DNA of 64,000 nt from contig NC_086097.1 in assembly GCF_963921235.1 (NCBI RefSeq), positions 123,258,001-123,322,000 on the forward strand. Reading direction: 5' to 3'. The stretch comes from Mobula hypostoma (taxonomy: Eukaryota). Positions 12,680-25,175 of this stretch are shown here, in pieces. The translations under genes were made by a program, and so were the position numbers. The notes beneath the pieces were generated by a model. That model did not search any database. It had not been told where the DNA came from and saw only the letters and a list, made by a program, of their open reading frames with translations. The first letter of the stretch is position 1. Each line of letters opens with the position of its first letter.

Positions 12680-13340
12680 AAGGTTCTTCGACAAACTTTT
12701 ATAGATGTGTGGTGGAGAGTACATTGACTGGTTGCAACACAGCCTGGTATGGAACGCCAATGTCCTTGAACGTGAAATCCTACATAAAGTTGTGGATGCG
12801 GCCCAGCCCATCATGGGTAAAGCCCTCCCCACCATTGAATGAATACATCTACTGGAGTGCTGTTACAGGAAACCAGCATCCTTCTTCAAAGACCCACACC
12901 ACCCTGTCCATGGTCTCTTATCGCAGCTGCCATCAAGAAAAAGGTACAGAAGCCTCAGGACTCACACAATCAGGTTCAGGAACAGTCACTACTCCTTAAC
13001 CATCAGGCTGCTGAACCAGAGAGGATAACTTGACTCAACTTCACTTGCCCCATCACTGAACTGTTAGCGCAACCAATGGACTCACTTTCAAGGAATCTTC
13101 ATCTCATACTTTTGATACTTATTGCTTATTTATTTTTTATTATTATTATTTTCTCTTTTGTATTAGCACAGCTTGTTGTCTTTTGCTCAATGGTTGTTCT
13201 TCCCGTTGGATGCAGGCTTTCATTGATTCTATCATGTATCTTGTATTAACAGTGTATGCCTGCAAACAATTAATCTGAGGGTTGTATTATTGTGACATAT
13301 ATGCACTTTAATACTAAAATCACCTTGAACTTTGAACGTT
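12680..13340 (+). mobile_element. Rex1/Babar-like LINE 3' fragment
   Basis: NFYRCVVESTLTGCNTAWYG motif and gaactttgaac tail. Confidence 0.85.
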
Positions 13341-14110
13341 GAAGTTTTAAATGACATGCGATTCTGTGCAACCTTCTCAAAAATACAGGCAGGATAGCTG
13401 GTGTTAGCATGATGGACAGATATTGTTAGCATGCCAAATTTGATTTTGCGTCTGATTTGCTCTGATTAGACAGGAGTTAATTATATGTGGTGATCCCAGC
13501 ATGTGGCTTTAGGGGCAATAAATTAGCCTCTTCTCCCACAGTTATATAGTGAACTCTTGCACTTGCTAGAAGCAAGAAGATTTAAGTTAAAAAAAAAAGC
13601 AATGGCATTTTCACTCTGAGTTGCATGGTGATGGACTGCTTGCTGAATGTGATCTTTGCGTAATAGTTATCCATGCATTTTAATGTCTAAAATTTTATCA
13701 GCAAGTCTGGATGAGTTTCAATTAGCTTTAGAGTGGACTACGTTTTCCAATTTATCGATCTTACAGCACCCAAATATCAGATGGTACGAGCCCAACTAAA
13801 TTAATGATGATAGCGGTTTTATAAATTTTTCTACAGTTATAATTTATGAGGCATTAATCTAGTTAAAAATTTTGATTTTTTTTTCCTTTTACTGACCATT
13901 CTGAACTAAAGGCCATAGTTTAGCCAGTACAGTACATTTAAAGGCTTCCTTTTAATGATTTGCAATCAGCTATCAAGATATTTCAGTAACCAAATTCTAG
14001 AGATACAATTGACAGACTGGTTGGTTTGAGTAACTCAGAAACTGCTGATCTCCTGCGATTTTCATGCACAACAGTCTCTGGAGTTTACAAAGAGTAGTGT
14101 GAAAAGAAAA
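12995..14110 (+). repeat. Inverted segmental duplication, copy A (partner 62870-64000)
   Basis: About 670 bp of non-TE sequence plus the same Rex-tail and Tc1 junctions occur as the reverse complement at 62870-64000. Confidence 0.95.
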
Positions 14111-14273
14111 ATCCAATGAGAACTTTGTGGTCAGCAAGCCAATACCATCACAGTTGTTTGTCCATAATTGATTTGTGCAGTTTTATTCACTGATTCTCAA
14201 TTATTCAAGTACATTTATTTTCAAAGAATGTATAAATTATACACCCTTGAGATCTGTTTGCTCACAAGTAGCC

Positions 14274-14791
14274 CAGACATCCCACCTCTCCCAGAAGTTC
14301 CGGGAGTCTCCCGCATATTAATAGTGGCTCCCTGATGCCCACAAATTATATACAATATCACGGAAATCAATTTTTTTGAGAGCAAGTGCGAGAGCGCAAG
14401 AGAGAAAGCAAGAGAGAGAGAAAGAGAGAGAGCACGCCATGGCAGAGTGTTTCAAAAAAAGAAAATATAAAACGTACGTCACCCCAGACTACCCTAAGGT
14501 GTACCCCTGCCTAATAGGGGTCAAAAATAATAACAGTGTTGCTCACTGCGCTGTTTGCAACAGTGACTTTTCTATTGCCCGTGGTGAGTTAAGACTGTAA
14601 AAGACATATTGAAGTGAGTTTAACAGGTGTCATTCGTTCATTAGCATAGCTAACATTATTTAAACTAGCTGACTAGCTGCTAAGGAGCTACTCTATTGCG
14701 GACATTCCACCTCTCCTGGAAGATCCGGGAGTCTCCCGCAAATTGATGGTGCTACCTCCCTGAAATGAGTTTTTGCAGGGTGGGATGTCTG
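14274..14791 (+). mobile_element. Non-autonomous hAT-type DNA transposon with a BED-like zinc-finger remnant
   Basis: 13-bp TIR cagacatcccacc / ggtgggatgtctg; flanking direct repeat agtagcc; peptide MAECFKKRKYKTY...AHCAVCNSDFSIARG..KRHIE. Confidence 0.8.
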
Positions 14792-17024
14792 AGTAGCCAC
14801 AAAACAAAAAATCCAAAAGAACCCAATTACAGAAAAAAGTAAATCAAAGACCAACAACCGATGTGAAAGAGAAACAGAAAAAACACAAATCACACAAACA
14901 ATAATAAATCTGAACCAAATTTAAGTACTCAGATCTGAACCCTGGAGTAGCCCGAAGTAGGCCCAAAGCCTTGCTTATCAGTTCCTCATATTAGCAGACA
15001 CAGAGCACAGTAGCCGGAGCAGTCGTCATAGCCACAGTGCCATGGAGACAGGAGTGACCATCACAGAGAACAACCAAAATCAGCTCTCATCCCAGATCCT
15101 GACACCCGGTCTTTTCAGTCCATCTGGGCTGGCATTTAACTTGGCCGACAATGGACAGTGAAAGGCTTTGGGGCTCAGGCGAGAGGGCTGAACATCATGG
15201 AGAGCGAGTGAAATCAGCTCTCGCCTCCTTTGGGCCCACGTGTGAATTGTCCAAACTGCGAATCATACCTTGCACTAAGACTTGGCCGCAGTGAAAGATT
15301 CCAGGCCGAGGTAACGCCATCCAGTGACTCACTCCGGGCCCAGATTTTGCCTCTCAGCCCGAAGCCATTCTCAAACTCTTAAAACAGCTCCATGCCCAGA
15401 GTAATCTGCAATCCTGACATAGGCGGAGGCAGAGTCATGATGGTACTAAATTATGACTCTTTCATTTTCATCTACAAAAACAGCTTAATTTCTACCTTTG
15501 ATGTCTCTCCTTTTCCCTTTCCAGGTGGACGGGGTTCTGTTGAAGACCCTGACCTGGCGTTACACTCAGACTTCAGTTCTTTCTAGTGGTGGGTCCCACT
15601 CTCGGGGTCTCATGACTGGCGGCTTTTCAATATCCCAAGGACGTGGCCCAGAAGACGAGCACGCCTTCAGGTTTCCGAGGTTTCATGGCCCTGTGGATGG
15701 GCTGATTCTAAGCTTGTGCCGCTGAGTGAAGCGCCACGGGGGAGAACGAAACATTGGGAACAGCAGATCAGCTGTCGGAGGGTCTGTACTATGTGGGTTG
15801 TGCTCTCTCCCTCGTTGGTGGGTGAGAGATTGTTGCCGACTCTCGGGTCACAGAGCTCAGGAAGAAAAGCAGTGTGACAAACTTTTAACAGCGCAAATCA
15901 TCCACTTGTTTTGTTATGTCTCCCCTCTTACTGTGAAAGGGGACAGCTCTTTTTCCCTTTATTCGGAAGACAGCGAGTTTGTGGCATTTCAAATTGTTCA
16001 GTGAACGATTAGTTTGTGTTGCACTGCAGATCATGGTCTATATTGGGGGCCCTGCTATTGCTCGCTTGGTAGGTGTAGGGCGCTGATGCTTTCTTGCAGA
16101 AATAGGTGGGGGTGAGGAAGGGTTCTTGCCATGCTGCTGCTTGTGTGTGGGAGAGAGGAGTAGGAAGGCTTTGAGGTTCTAATGTTTTAACTATCACTTA
16201 TTATTTGGGGCACTCTTCTGTTTTCACGGATGTCTGCGAAGAAAAAGAATTTCTGAATGTATATTGTATACATTTTCCTGATATCAAATGGAACTATTGA
16301 ACTATTGAGCCTCGCTCCTGGGCCAGTTGTATGGGTATCGGAACTCCATCTGCAATGACTCTGCAACACACCATCTTGGCTCATCCCCCAAACTCGCCTC
16401 GCCATCGCTCACCCCTTCACTGTTTGCGGCGAGAATTTAACATAATTTACCTCAGAAAAGGTATTTTTAGTGATGTTTTTAGTCTGACTTCTTAACTTTT
16501 TAACTACCAGAGAGCTGCCGCATGCCTTCGGTAGCAGCATCTTAACCACTTAACCACTACTGTGAATGCTTGCAAGAAAATGATTCTCAAGGTAGTATAT
16601 GGTGACATATATGTACTTTCATAACACATTTGCTTTGAACATTGAACTATGCCTCATTGCAAGGAGAAACTTGAGTTACTATACCACTTCCATTATAGGT
16701 GTCAGTCATGTTCAGTTGAGTCCAAAGATGTGAACTGTAAATCTGTATAAATGTTTAACCTGCAAAGACTTCCTCAACTCTGTGCAAGAAAATCCACAAA
16801 AAGCATCATGAAATACTCCCACCAGAAGCAGGTGAGTAATGATAATTATAATAATTGTTATTGTTAATAATTAGCATGTTTGTAGTTTAAAATATTTAAT
16901 ATTCACCAACAAAACATGCTAAATATTAACAATGACAACACAGGACGAAATGGGGTGCTGGAGAAAACTATCCACTATTTTTTGCACAAGTGATTCTGCA
17001 GATGCTGGAAATCTGAGTGCATTT

Positions 17025-17104
17025 CAAGGGTTCCCAAGTTTTTTTATGCCATAGACCCCTACCATTAACCAAGGGGTTCATGGACCTCAGATTGGGAACC
17101 CCTG
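17025..17104. mobile_element. 80-bp hAT (Charlie-like) MITE
   Basis: TIRs caagggttcccaa / ttgggaacccctg; TSD not recognisable. Confidence 0.6.
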
Positions 17105-17587
17105 GAGTAGATTGTCCACTCACTTACTAAAAGGCCCCAGTCAGTCCCATAAACATACTGTAGATCACTGCATCAACATCATAGCTTGACAAAAACCTGG
17201 GTGAAGTGTGACAACCCCTTGCTCCAAAGGGATTTTCTCCTCCTCTTTCAAAACTTGTCCTGCCCAAACTAACAAAGCCTTTTACACTGAATATGGTGGC
17301 AGACAAACTCAGTATTGACTTTATTAGGTACATCTGCTCATTGCTGCAATTATCTAATCAGCCAATTTTGTGGCAGCAGTATAAGATTTCAATTATTGAA
17401 CTAGATCCAATGGACTTCAATTTTGGTATGGAGGCCTGCGTTCAAATTCTACCATGACAGCTTAAGGAATTTAAATTGAAGTAACTGAGTAAATGTACCT
17501 CCTTACCTCTGTAATTGCCTCAGACCTGGGGCCCTGCATAATATCCACAATTGGCTAATTATGATTATGGGGGCATCTCTGATATTA

Positions 17588-17977
17588 GCCGCAGTGTGAG
17601 CACTCAAGTCGAGTATGATGTTCTCCTAAGGGGTTGTATCAGGCGGATTCCCTTAATGGAGAACATCTGTGCATGACTTCATTTAACGTGGGGAAACTGA
17701 TGCACCACAGAGTTCTTGACAGATCGGGTCAAGGCCCAGTGGCACGGAGAGCAAGCTGACTGGGGACCCTTCACTGCTGCAGCCTTCCTCCACCTTCACT
17801 GCTATTGTCACCTTCCACCAGCTCCATTGTTGAGGGCTTGGTTGGATCGCTCTTTACCTGAAACCTCTTCCTTGACCTTACCATGGGTGACCCTGCCAGG
17901 AGCTAAACTCCCGATGGCATCGCTCTCAGGATCTCACAAACCCCTCCACCATGATAAGGTGGCAACCTTTGGAAAAG
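17588..17977 (-). mobile_element. Bipartite RTE-derived non-autonomous element (5' UTR joined to 3' tail)
   Basis: 13-bp TSD atctctgatatta (17575-17587, 17978-17990); homologous to 54120-54741. Confidence 0.7.
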
Positions 17978-18059
17978 ATCTCTGATATTAATTAAGGCAA
18001 CACACATAAAAGTTGCTGGTGAACGCAGCAGGCCAGGCAGCATCTCTAGGAAGAGGTAC

Positions 18060-18095
18060 AGTCGACGTTTCAGGCCGAGACCCTTCGTCAGGACT
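18060..18095 (-). ncRNA. Minimal type I hammerhead ribozyme motif
   Basis: Minus strand reads agtc-CTGACGA-agg-gtctcgg-cct-GAAA-cg-TC-gact: complete core, helices I and II, ACGT palindrome in place of helix III. Confidence 0.75.
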
Positions 18096-19948
18096 AACTG
18101 AAGGAAGAGTGAGTAAGAGATCTGAAAGTGGGAGGGGGAGGGGGAGATCCAAAATGATAGGAGAAGACAGGAGGGGGAGGGACGGAGCCAAGAGCTGGAC
18201 AGGTGATTGGCAAAAGGGATATGAAAGGATCATGGGACAGGAGGTCCGGGAAGAAACACGGGGGGGGGGAGGGGAACAGAGGATGGTCAAGGGGTATAGT
18301 CAGAGGGACAGAGGGAGAAAAAGGAGAGAGAGAGAAAGAATGTGTGTATATAAATAAGTAACAGATGGGGTACGAGGGGGAGGTGGGGCATTAGCAGAAG
18401 TTAGAGAAGTCGATGTTCATGCCATCAGGTTGGAGGCTACCCAGACGGAATATAAGGTGTTGTTCCTCCAACCTGAGTGTGGCTTCATCTTTACAGTAGA
18501 GGAGGCCGTGGATAGACATGTCAGAATGGGAATGGGATGTGGAATTAAAATGTGTGGCCACTGGGAGATCCTGCTTTCTCTGGCGGACAGAGCGTAGGTG
18601 TTCAGCAAAGCGGTCTCCCAGTCTGCGTCGGGTCTCGCCAATATATAGAAGACCACATCGGGAGCACCGGACACAGTATATCACCCCAGCCAACTCACAG
18701 GTGAAGTGTTGCCTCACCTGCAAGGACTGTTTGGGGCCCTGAATGGTGGTAAGGGAGGAAGTGTAAGGGCATGTGTAGCACTTGTTCCGCTTACACGGAT
18801 AAGTGCCAGGAGGGAGATCCGTGGGGAGGGATGGGGGAGACGAATGGACAAGGGAGTTGTGTAGGGAGCGATCCCTGCGGAATGCGGTGGGGGGGGAGGG
18901 AAAGATGTGCTAGTGGTGGGATCCCGTTGGAGGTGGTGGAAGTTACGGAGAATAATATGTTGGACCCGGAGGCTGGTGGGGTGGTAGGTAAGGACCAGGG
19001 GAACCCTATTCCTAGTGGGGTGGCGGGAGGATGGAGTGAGAGCAGATGTACGTGAAATGGGGGAGATACGTTTAAGAGCAGAGTTGATAGTGGAGAAAGG
19101 GAAGCCCCTTTCTTTAAAAAAGGAAGACATCTCCCTCGTCCTAGAATGAAAAGCCTCATCCTGAGAGCAGATGCGGCAGAGACAGAGGAATTGCGAGAAG
19201 GGGATGGCGTTTTTGCAAGAGACAGGGTGAGAAGAGGAATAGTCCAGATAGCTGTGAGAGTCAGTAGGCTTATAGTAGACATCAGTGGATAAGCTGTCTC
19301 CAGAGACAGAGACAGAAAGATCTAGAAAAGGGAGGAAGGTGTCGGAAATGGACCAGGTAAACTTGAGGGCAGGGTGAAAGTTGGAGGCAAAGTTAATAAT
19401 TCAGCAAAGCGGTCTCCCAGTCTGCGTCGGGTCTCAACTACACCTACGCTCTGTCCGCCAGAGAAAGCAGGATCTCCCAGTGGCCACACATTTTAATTCC
19501 ACATCCCATTCCCATTCTGACATGTCTATCCACGGCCTCCTCTACTGTAAAGATGAAGCCACACTCAGGTTGGAGGAACAACACCTTATATTCCATCTGG
19601 GTAGCCTCCAACCTGATGGCATGAACATCGACTTCTCTAACTTCTGCTAATGCCCCACCTCCCCCTCATACCCCATCTGTTACTTATTTTTATACACACA
19701 TTCTTTCTCTCACTCTCCTTTTTCTCCCTCTGTCCCTCTGAATATACCCCTTGCCCATCCTCTGGGACCCCCTCCCCAACCCTTGTCTTTCTTCCCGGAC
19801 CTCCTGTCCCATGATCCTTTCGTATCCCTTTTGCCAACCACCCGTCCAGCTCTTGGCTCCATTCCTCCGCCTCCTGTCTTCTCCTATCATTTTGGATCTC
19901 CCCCTCCCCCTCCTACTTTCAAATCCCTTACTCACTCTTCCTTCAGTT

Positions 19949-19984
19949 AGTCCTGACGAAGGGTCTCGGCCTGAAATGTCGACT
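19949..19984 (+). ncRNA. Minimal type I hammerhead ribozyme motif (helix III palindrome mutated)
   Basis: agtc-CTGACGA-agggtctcggcct-GAAA-tg-TC-gact; ACGT changed to ATGT. Confidence 0.6.
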
Positions 19985-21399
19985 GCACCTCTTCCTAGAG
20001 GTGCTGCCTGGCCTGCTGCGTTCACCAGCAACTTTTATGTGTGTTGCTTGAATTTCCAGCTTCTGCAGAATTCCTGTTGTTTCTGATATTAATTACTCTA
20101 CAACTAGCAAATTTGCCTTTGGCCATTGTGGAAGTTTCACCCTCAACCTTTCTTTCTTCTGTTCAGACAGTAAAGCCTACTCCTCTGGCTAAACTTATAG
20201 TCAAATGGCCTAATATCCATTGAAGGCTGTCAAATTTTGCTCGATGAAACCCCTCCACTGTAAACTTGGGACGTCAGGATGACAAGACAGAAGCCGCAAA
20301 GTTCTTCCACTAGCACAAGAGATGCTGCTGGCAATCCAGAGTAACGTACACAGGGTGCTGGAAAAACTCTGCAGATCAGGTATCATCCATGGAGAGGAAT
20401 AAACAGTCAGCATTTCGGGCCAAGACTCTTCATCAGGACTGGAAAGGAAGGGGAGAAGAAGCCAGAGTAAGGAGGCAGGGAGGGGAAGGAGCTCTTCAAA
20501 TGCCTCTAATAGAATACCATCTCAAACTGAAGCACCTAGGGATATCACACTATATTGAAGGCACTATATAAATATAAGTTGCTGTTATTCTACTTAACAT
20601 AGCGAGCAAGGGATCTTTTCCAAAATTATATTTACTTAGACTGAAAACCTCAGGCGAGGCCTCGGGGCAAATTTCAGAACATGCCTGAAATGTGAACTGA
20701 GGTGTCCCAGCTGAGAGGTCAGAACTCAGCACCCATCACTACTTAGTCAATCATGCATGTACACTTCATACCATTTCAAATGACACATCTCAAAATCTGT
20801 ATGTACAGCGGCTGCTTAGAAAATAGGAATACTCGAGTGTTGGAAAGAACAATCACTGAAAGTACTGGCTGCAACAACAAATTCCCAGTGGCTATTTTTC
20901 TAATCTGAACAGAAATGTAATGTACGTACAGAGGTCTGAGCTAATTTACTACAGATACTGCAAAATGCTGAAGTGTTTTTTATGTACAGAAATATTTGTA
21001 CATCTATTATTTAAAATAACACACAAAATGCTGGAGGAATTCTGCAGGTCAGGTAATGTGAGAGGAATGAAGAGTCAACGTTTCAGTCCGAGACCTTCCA
21101 TCAGGACAGGAAAGGAAGGGGGGAAGAAGCCAGAATAAGAAGGTGGAGGGAGGGGAAGGAGCACAAGCTGGCAGATGACAAGTAAAGGTCCAACATGTGT
21201 TTATTATTTAAAATAATGGTTTAATTTGTACATCAAATTTGCAGAAGTAGTGCTAAATTGCTGCACTGATTACTATAATATTCACCGTACTGGGAAGAAT
21301 ATAACCATGCTGCATCCTTTTCTTGTGGCACTCTGGAATTTGCAAAAGATTCCTACTACTGGGGTGAATGAATCCTATCGTTAGAATGCATAAACCCAG

Positions 21400-22870
21400 T
21401 TAACCTAGGTTCTAAAAGACAGCTTCAACATCTCTCTGGAATAGTTCACTGTCCCCTCTGGCTTCAAGGTGGCACCATCCTCCTGAGGCTTAAAGAGAGC
21501 CACAGTAAGCTGCACCAACGACTACTGCCCAGTGGCACTGACCTCAGCAATAATAATGTGTTTTGAGCGGCTGGTAATGGATCACATTAAATCCCATCTT
21601 CCTGCTAGGTTGGACCCTTGCCAGTTCGCTTATTGCTCAAAGCGGTCCACAGATGATTCTATAGTCTCTGCACTCCGCTCCACGCTGTCCCGCCTGGAAA
21701 ATGGTGCCTCATATGGCAGGATGCTGCTTATCGACTTCAGTTCAATGTTTAATACGACCATCCCTCAGAAGCTGATGGGTAAACTGTCCTTGTAAGGTCT
21801 CAACACTTCTCTCTGTAACTGGAATCTGGACTTGACAGAAAGGCCATAGACAGTCTGTGTTGGCAGCACTCCCCAGGGCTGTGTGGCTCGTCCTGCTGCT
21901 GGTCAGTCTGCCCTCGCATGACTGCACTGCTAGATCCACTTTAAACCCAATCATCCAATTCACTGATGACACGACGGTGGTTGGCCTGATCAACAGCGAC
22001 AATGAGATGGGGTACAGAGAGGAGGCAGAGCGGCTGGTAGAGTGGTGCGAGCAAAACAACTTGAGTCCCCTCGTAGACAAGACCAAAGAAATGATGGTGG
22101 ACTTTAGGAAGATGCAGGCTGACCACTCCTCACTGTGCGTACACAGCACCCCTATTGAGTTAGGAGCACCAAGTTTCCGGGCATGTAAAAAACAGGTACT
22201 TTTACCTGGTCCCTCAACACCACTTCCTTGGTCAAGAAATCGCAGCAGCGTCTCCACTTCTTGAGGAGATTGAGATGAGTGAGGCTCACCCTCCACCCCC
22301 CTCCATTCTAACCAATTTTTACAGAAGGACCATCCTGACCAGCTGCATCGCCATCTGGTACGGAAATTCCAAGGCACCTGAACAGACAACCCTACAACAG
22401 TTTGCAAGGACTGCTGAGGGGAGCATTAGGGTCTCCCTCCTACCCATCAAAAATATTTATCAGGAGCACTGCATATGCAGGGCCCCAAGCATTGTCAATA
22501 ATAACCCTCACCCTTCCAATAATCTCTTTGACCACATAACATCAGGCAGGAGGTAGCACAGCATTAGAACAAGAACTGTTAGGATGGGGAACAACTTCCT
22601 AAATCCCAGCCTTAAGCCTACTGAACTTCCTGCCACCACCCAGGTCTCCTCACATATGAAGCGCCAGTAATGTTATACTGTTTACATTTTAACTTGTGTC
22701 ATAATGGCACCTTATTATACTATACATTAATTTATTTGTGGTAATATTACTTTATGTGTTACATGTAAGTTATTACATGTGTGTGTTAAGCACCTTGGTC
22801 CAGAGGAACATCCTTTCTTTTGGCAGTCTACATGTATTTAGTTAATGACAATAAACTGAACAAACTTGAT
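21400..22870 (+). mobile_element. Rex1/Babar-like LINE, decayed RT and 3' end
   Basis: [56 protein letters not shown]. Confidence 0.9.
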
Positions 22871-22899
22871 AGCAACTTCAGAAGAAACGTGTCTCCGCT

Positions 22900-23680
22900 C
22901 CAACTACTCACTCACCATCAACAATTCTACAGTTAGCGCCATTTCAATATTTAGGTTCCTGGGCATCATTATTTCATCATTCTTTCTGAGGGAGATCCCT
23001 GCATTAACAAAAACCCTCAGCAGAGGATGTACTTCTTGTGGCAATTGGTAACAATCTATCTTCGCCAGAACATACCAGTGGAATTCTACACTGCCATCAT
23101 TGAGAGTACCCTCACATCAGCCATTACTGTCTGGTTTAGTGCAACGTCCTCTCACAATGTACAAACACTACAGCAAACTGCCAGGTCAACAGAAGGGGTC
23201 ACTGTCTGCAGTCTACCATCACCGCAGGACTTGTATGTGTCCAGGACAAAGAAGTGGGCAGGAAAAATCACTGGGGTCACTACCCACCCAGCAAACTGCC
23301 TTTTCCAAAAGCTCCCTTCTGAAAGGAGCTATAGGACTATTAAAACAAAAAAAAACTTCATGCCATCTTAAAAAGTTTCTTCCTGCAGGCAGTGAAGCCC
23401 ATCATCTATTCTAGCTAACCCTCCCTACCCTCCTCTGTCTATTACCTCAGTCACTGTAAACACTTTAAACCACTTTATATACTGCTGTTTACATTGTAAA
23501 TACATGCTGGTATTTAAATATTTATGCACTTTTTATTCAATATCTGCACTTCCAAATTTATTTTTATGTAACTCTTTATCCTTTATAATTTTATAAGGCT
23601 ATTTTTGTTGCATGTCGTGCCAGCACATCACAGCAAGTTCCTAATACATGTAAATGTATATGGCAAATAAAGTTGATCTT
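22900..23680 (+). mobile_element. Rex1/Babar-like LINE 3' fragment (second family)
   Basis: FRFLGIII, FYTAIIESTLTSAITVWF, HPANCLFQKLPS; aataaagttgatctt tail. Confidence 0.85.
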
Positions 23681-25175
23681 TAATTCTCTTTGAAAGTACC
23701 CACAGCCAATATTTTGAAAAAAAAGCTACAGATTTTTGCAGGAAATGAAGCAAAAGTATACACATTTGCATACTGCATGAGCACACTTGAAATTATTTAG
23801 CATACATAAATAGATAAGTGGCTGCAATTGTTGAAATACAAACAATCCAAAGCCAGCCAGGCCTCTGAGGGAACCCCAAAGGAAACACAGACAACAGCTG
23901 AAAGTCATTGTCAACGGACTCATGTTTACAGATTCCAGGATTTGAAGCGGATTGAATGTGGAAAATGTCCCAGGATTCAGTACTATGATTCCATCAGCTG
24001 AAGTGGACCTTTTCTAGGACAGACACTTAAACAGGATTTTATCCCACGGTAGTGTTAAGTAAATCTATAAAGATTACTTTTAATAATAAAAATAAAAGGA
24101 ACATCTGGAACATAGTCTTTCAAGTTTTTTTAGTTTTCAGATTTGAAGAATTATCCAATACCTTTTTTTTTAACTTCAGCAAAAAATGTTTACCAGAGAG
24201 TTAAGCCATGATAGGGAGTAATTACAGTAGTTAGGGTTCCTTTCGCTCACACGGAAATCCAGTAATTTTTTCACACTGAGGTGACGGGTATTTGCCCAAG
24301 CAGAAATTTCATGAATTGGCCTCCCTGGGACAAGCCCCTTTCAAACTTGCAGTTGGGATCCGTGATACGTGAGACCACATGATATTCGTCACTAACTCCC
24401 TGCAGTCTTTGATATTACCTAGTTCAGCAGCATATGCCGCAGCAGTAAGTACCAGCAACCTGATCCATTTTCTATTATTCTGAAAGACAATTCCATACGA
24501 GTATCTGTTGTCAATAAATTTTTGGAGTCTGTATGAGGGTGAACAAACACCTTCATGTTTTTCAGTTGATCAGAAATTCATGGCTTTAAAGCAGCAGATT
24601 ATGCACAATGAACCCGATTTATATTTATGAATGGTCAACAGGGAATTGTCCATGGCGGTTTTATCAGAAGGCATTCGATAAAGTCCTGATAGGATGATAA
24701 TAGTAAAAGTAGAAGTTTGCAGGAGTTATTAGCCAGGTTGGAGAGTTGCTGAGCGGCAGAAGTGAAGATCAGTGATAAACGTAAGAACTAATTTCACAGG
24801 GGACACAAGAAACTTCAGGTGCTGGAATCTAGCAACAACCTGCAGGAGGAACTCATCAAGTTTGAACAGCATCTGCGGGAGGAAAGGAATGGTTGACCTG
24901 ATGCAGGGCTTCGACCCGAAACACCAAGAATTCTTTCCCTCCTGCAGATGAGTTACTCCACCAGATTGTTATCGTAACTACACAACCCGACGAGTGACAT
25001 ACAACAGGAATCTGTTTCAGGACTGAACCCAAAATTCAAAGTTCTAAGTAAATTGATTATCAAAGTGCGTATACGTGTCACCATAAATGACCCTGAGATT
25101 CTTCTTCTTGTGTACATTCACAGTAAATATGAAGAAAGGCAATAGAATCAATGAATAAAACTGTACACAAACAAC

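Larger units (their letters stand above)
17995..20081. mobile_element. Penelope-like element: two 3' segments in inverted arrangement
   Basis: Minus arm 17997-19400 encodes the RT C-terminus (FLDLSV, YYKPTDSHSYLDYSSSHP) and GIY-YIG endonuclease (VIYCVRCSRCGLLYIGET...EHL...HFN...GMN). Plus arm 19441-20081. 14-bp TSD tctgatattaatta (17981-17994, 20082-20095). Confidence 0.92.

Noticed and set aside
16768..16837. Possible + strand exon ending in a strong CAG|GTGAGT donor
   Set aside because: Weak acceptor, no recognisable peptide in any frame, no partner exons
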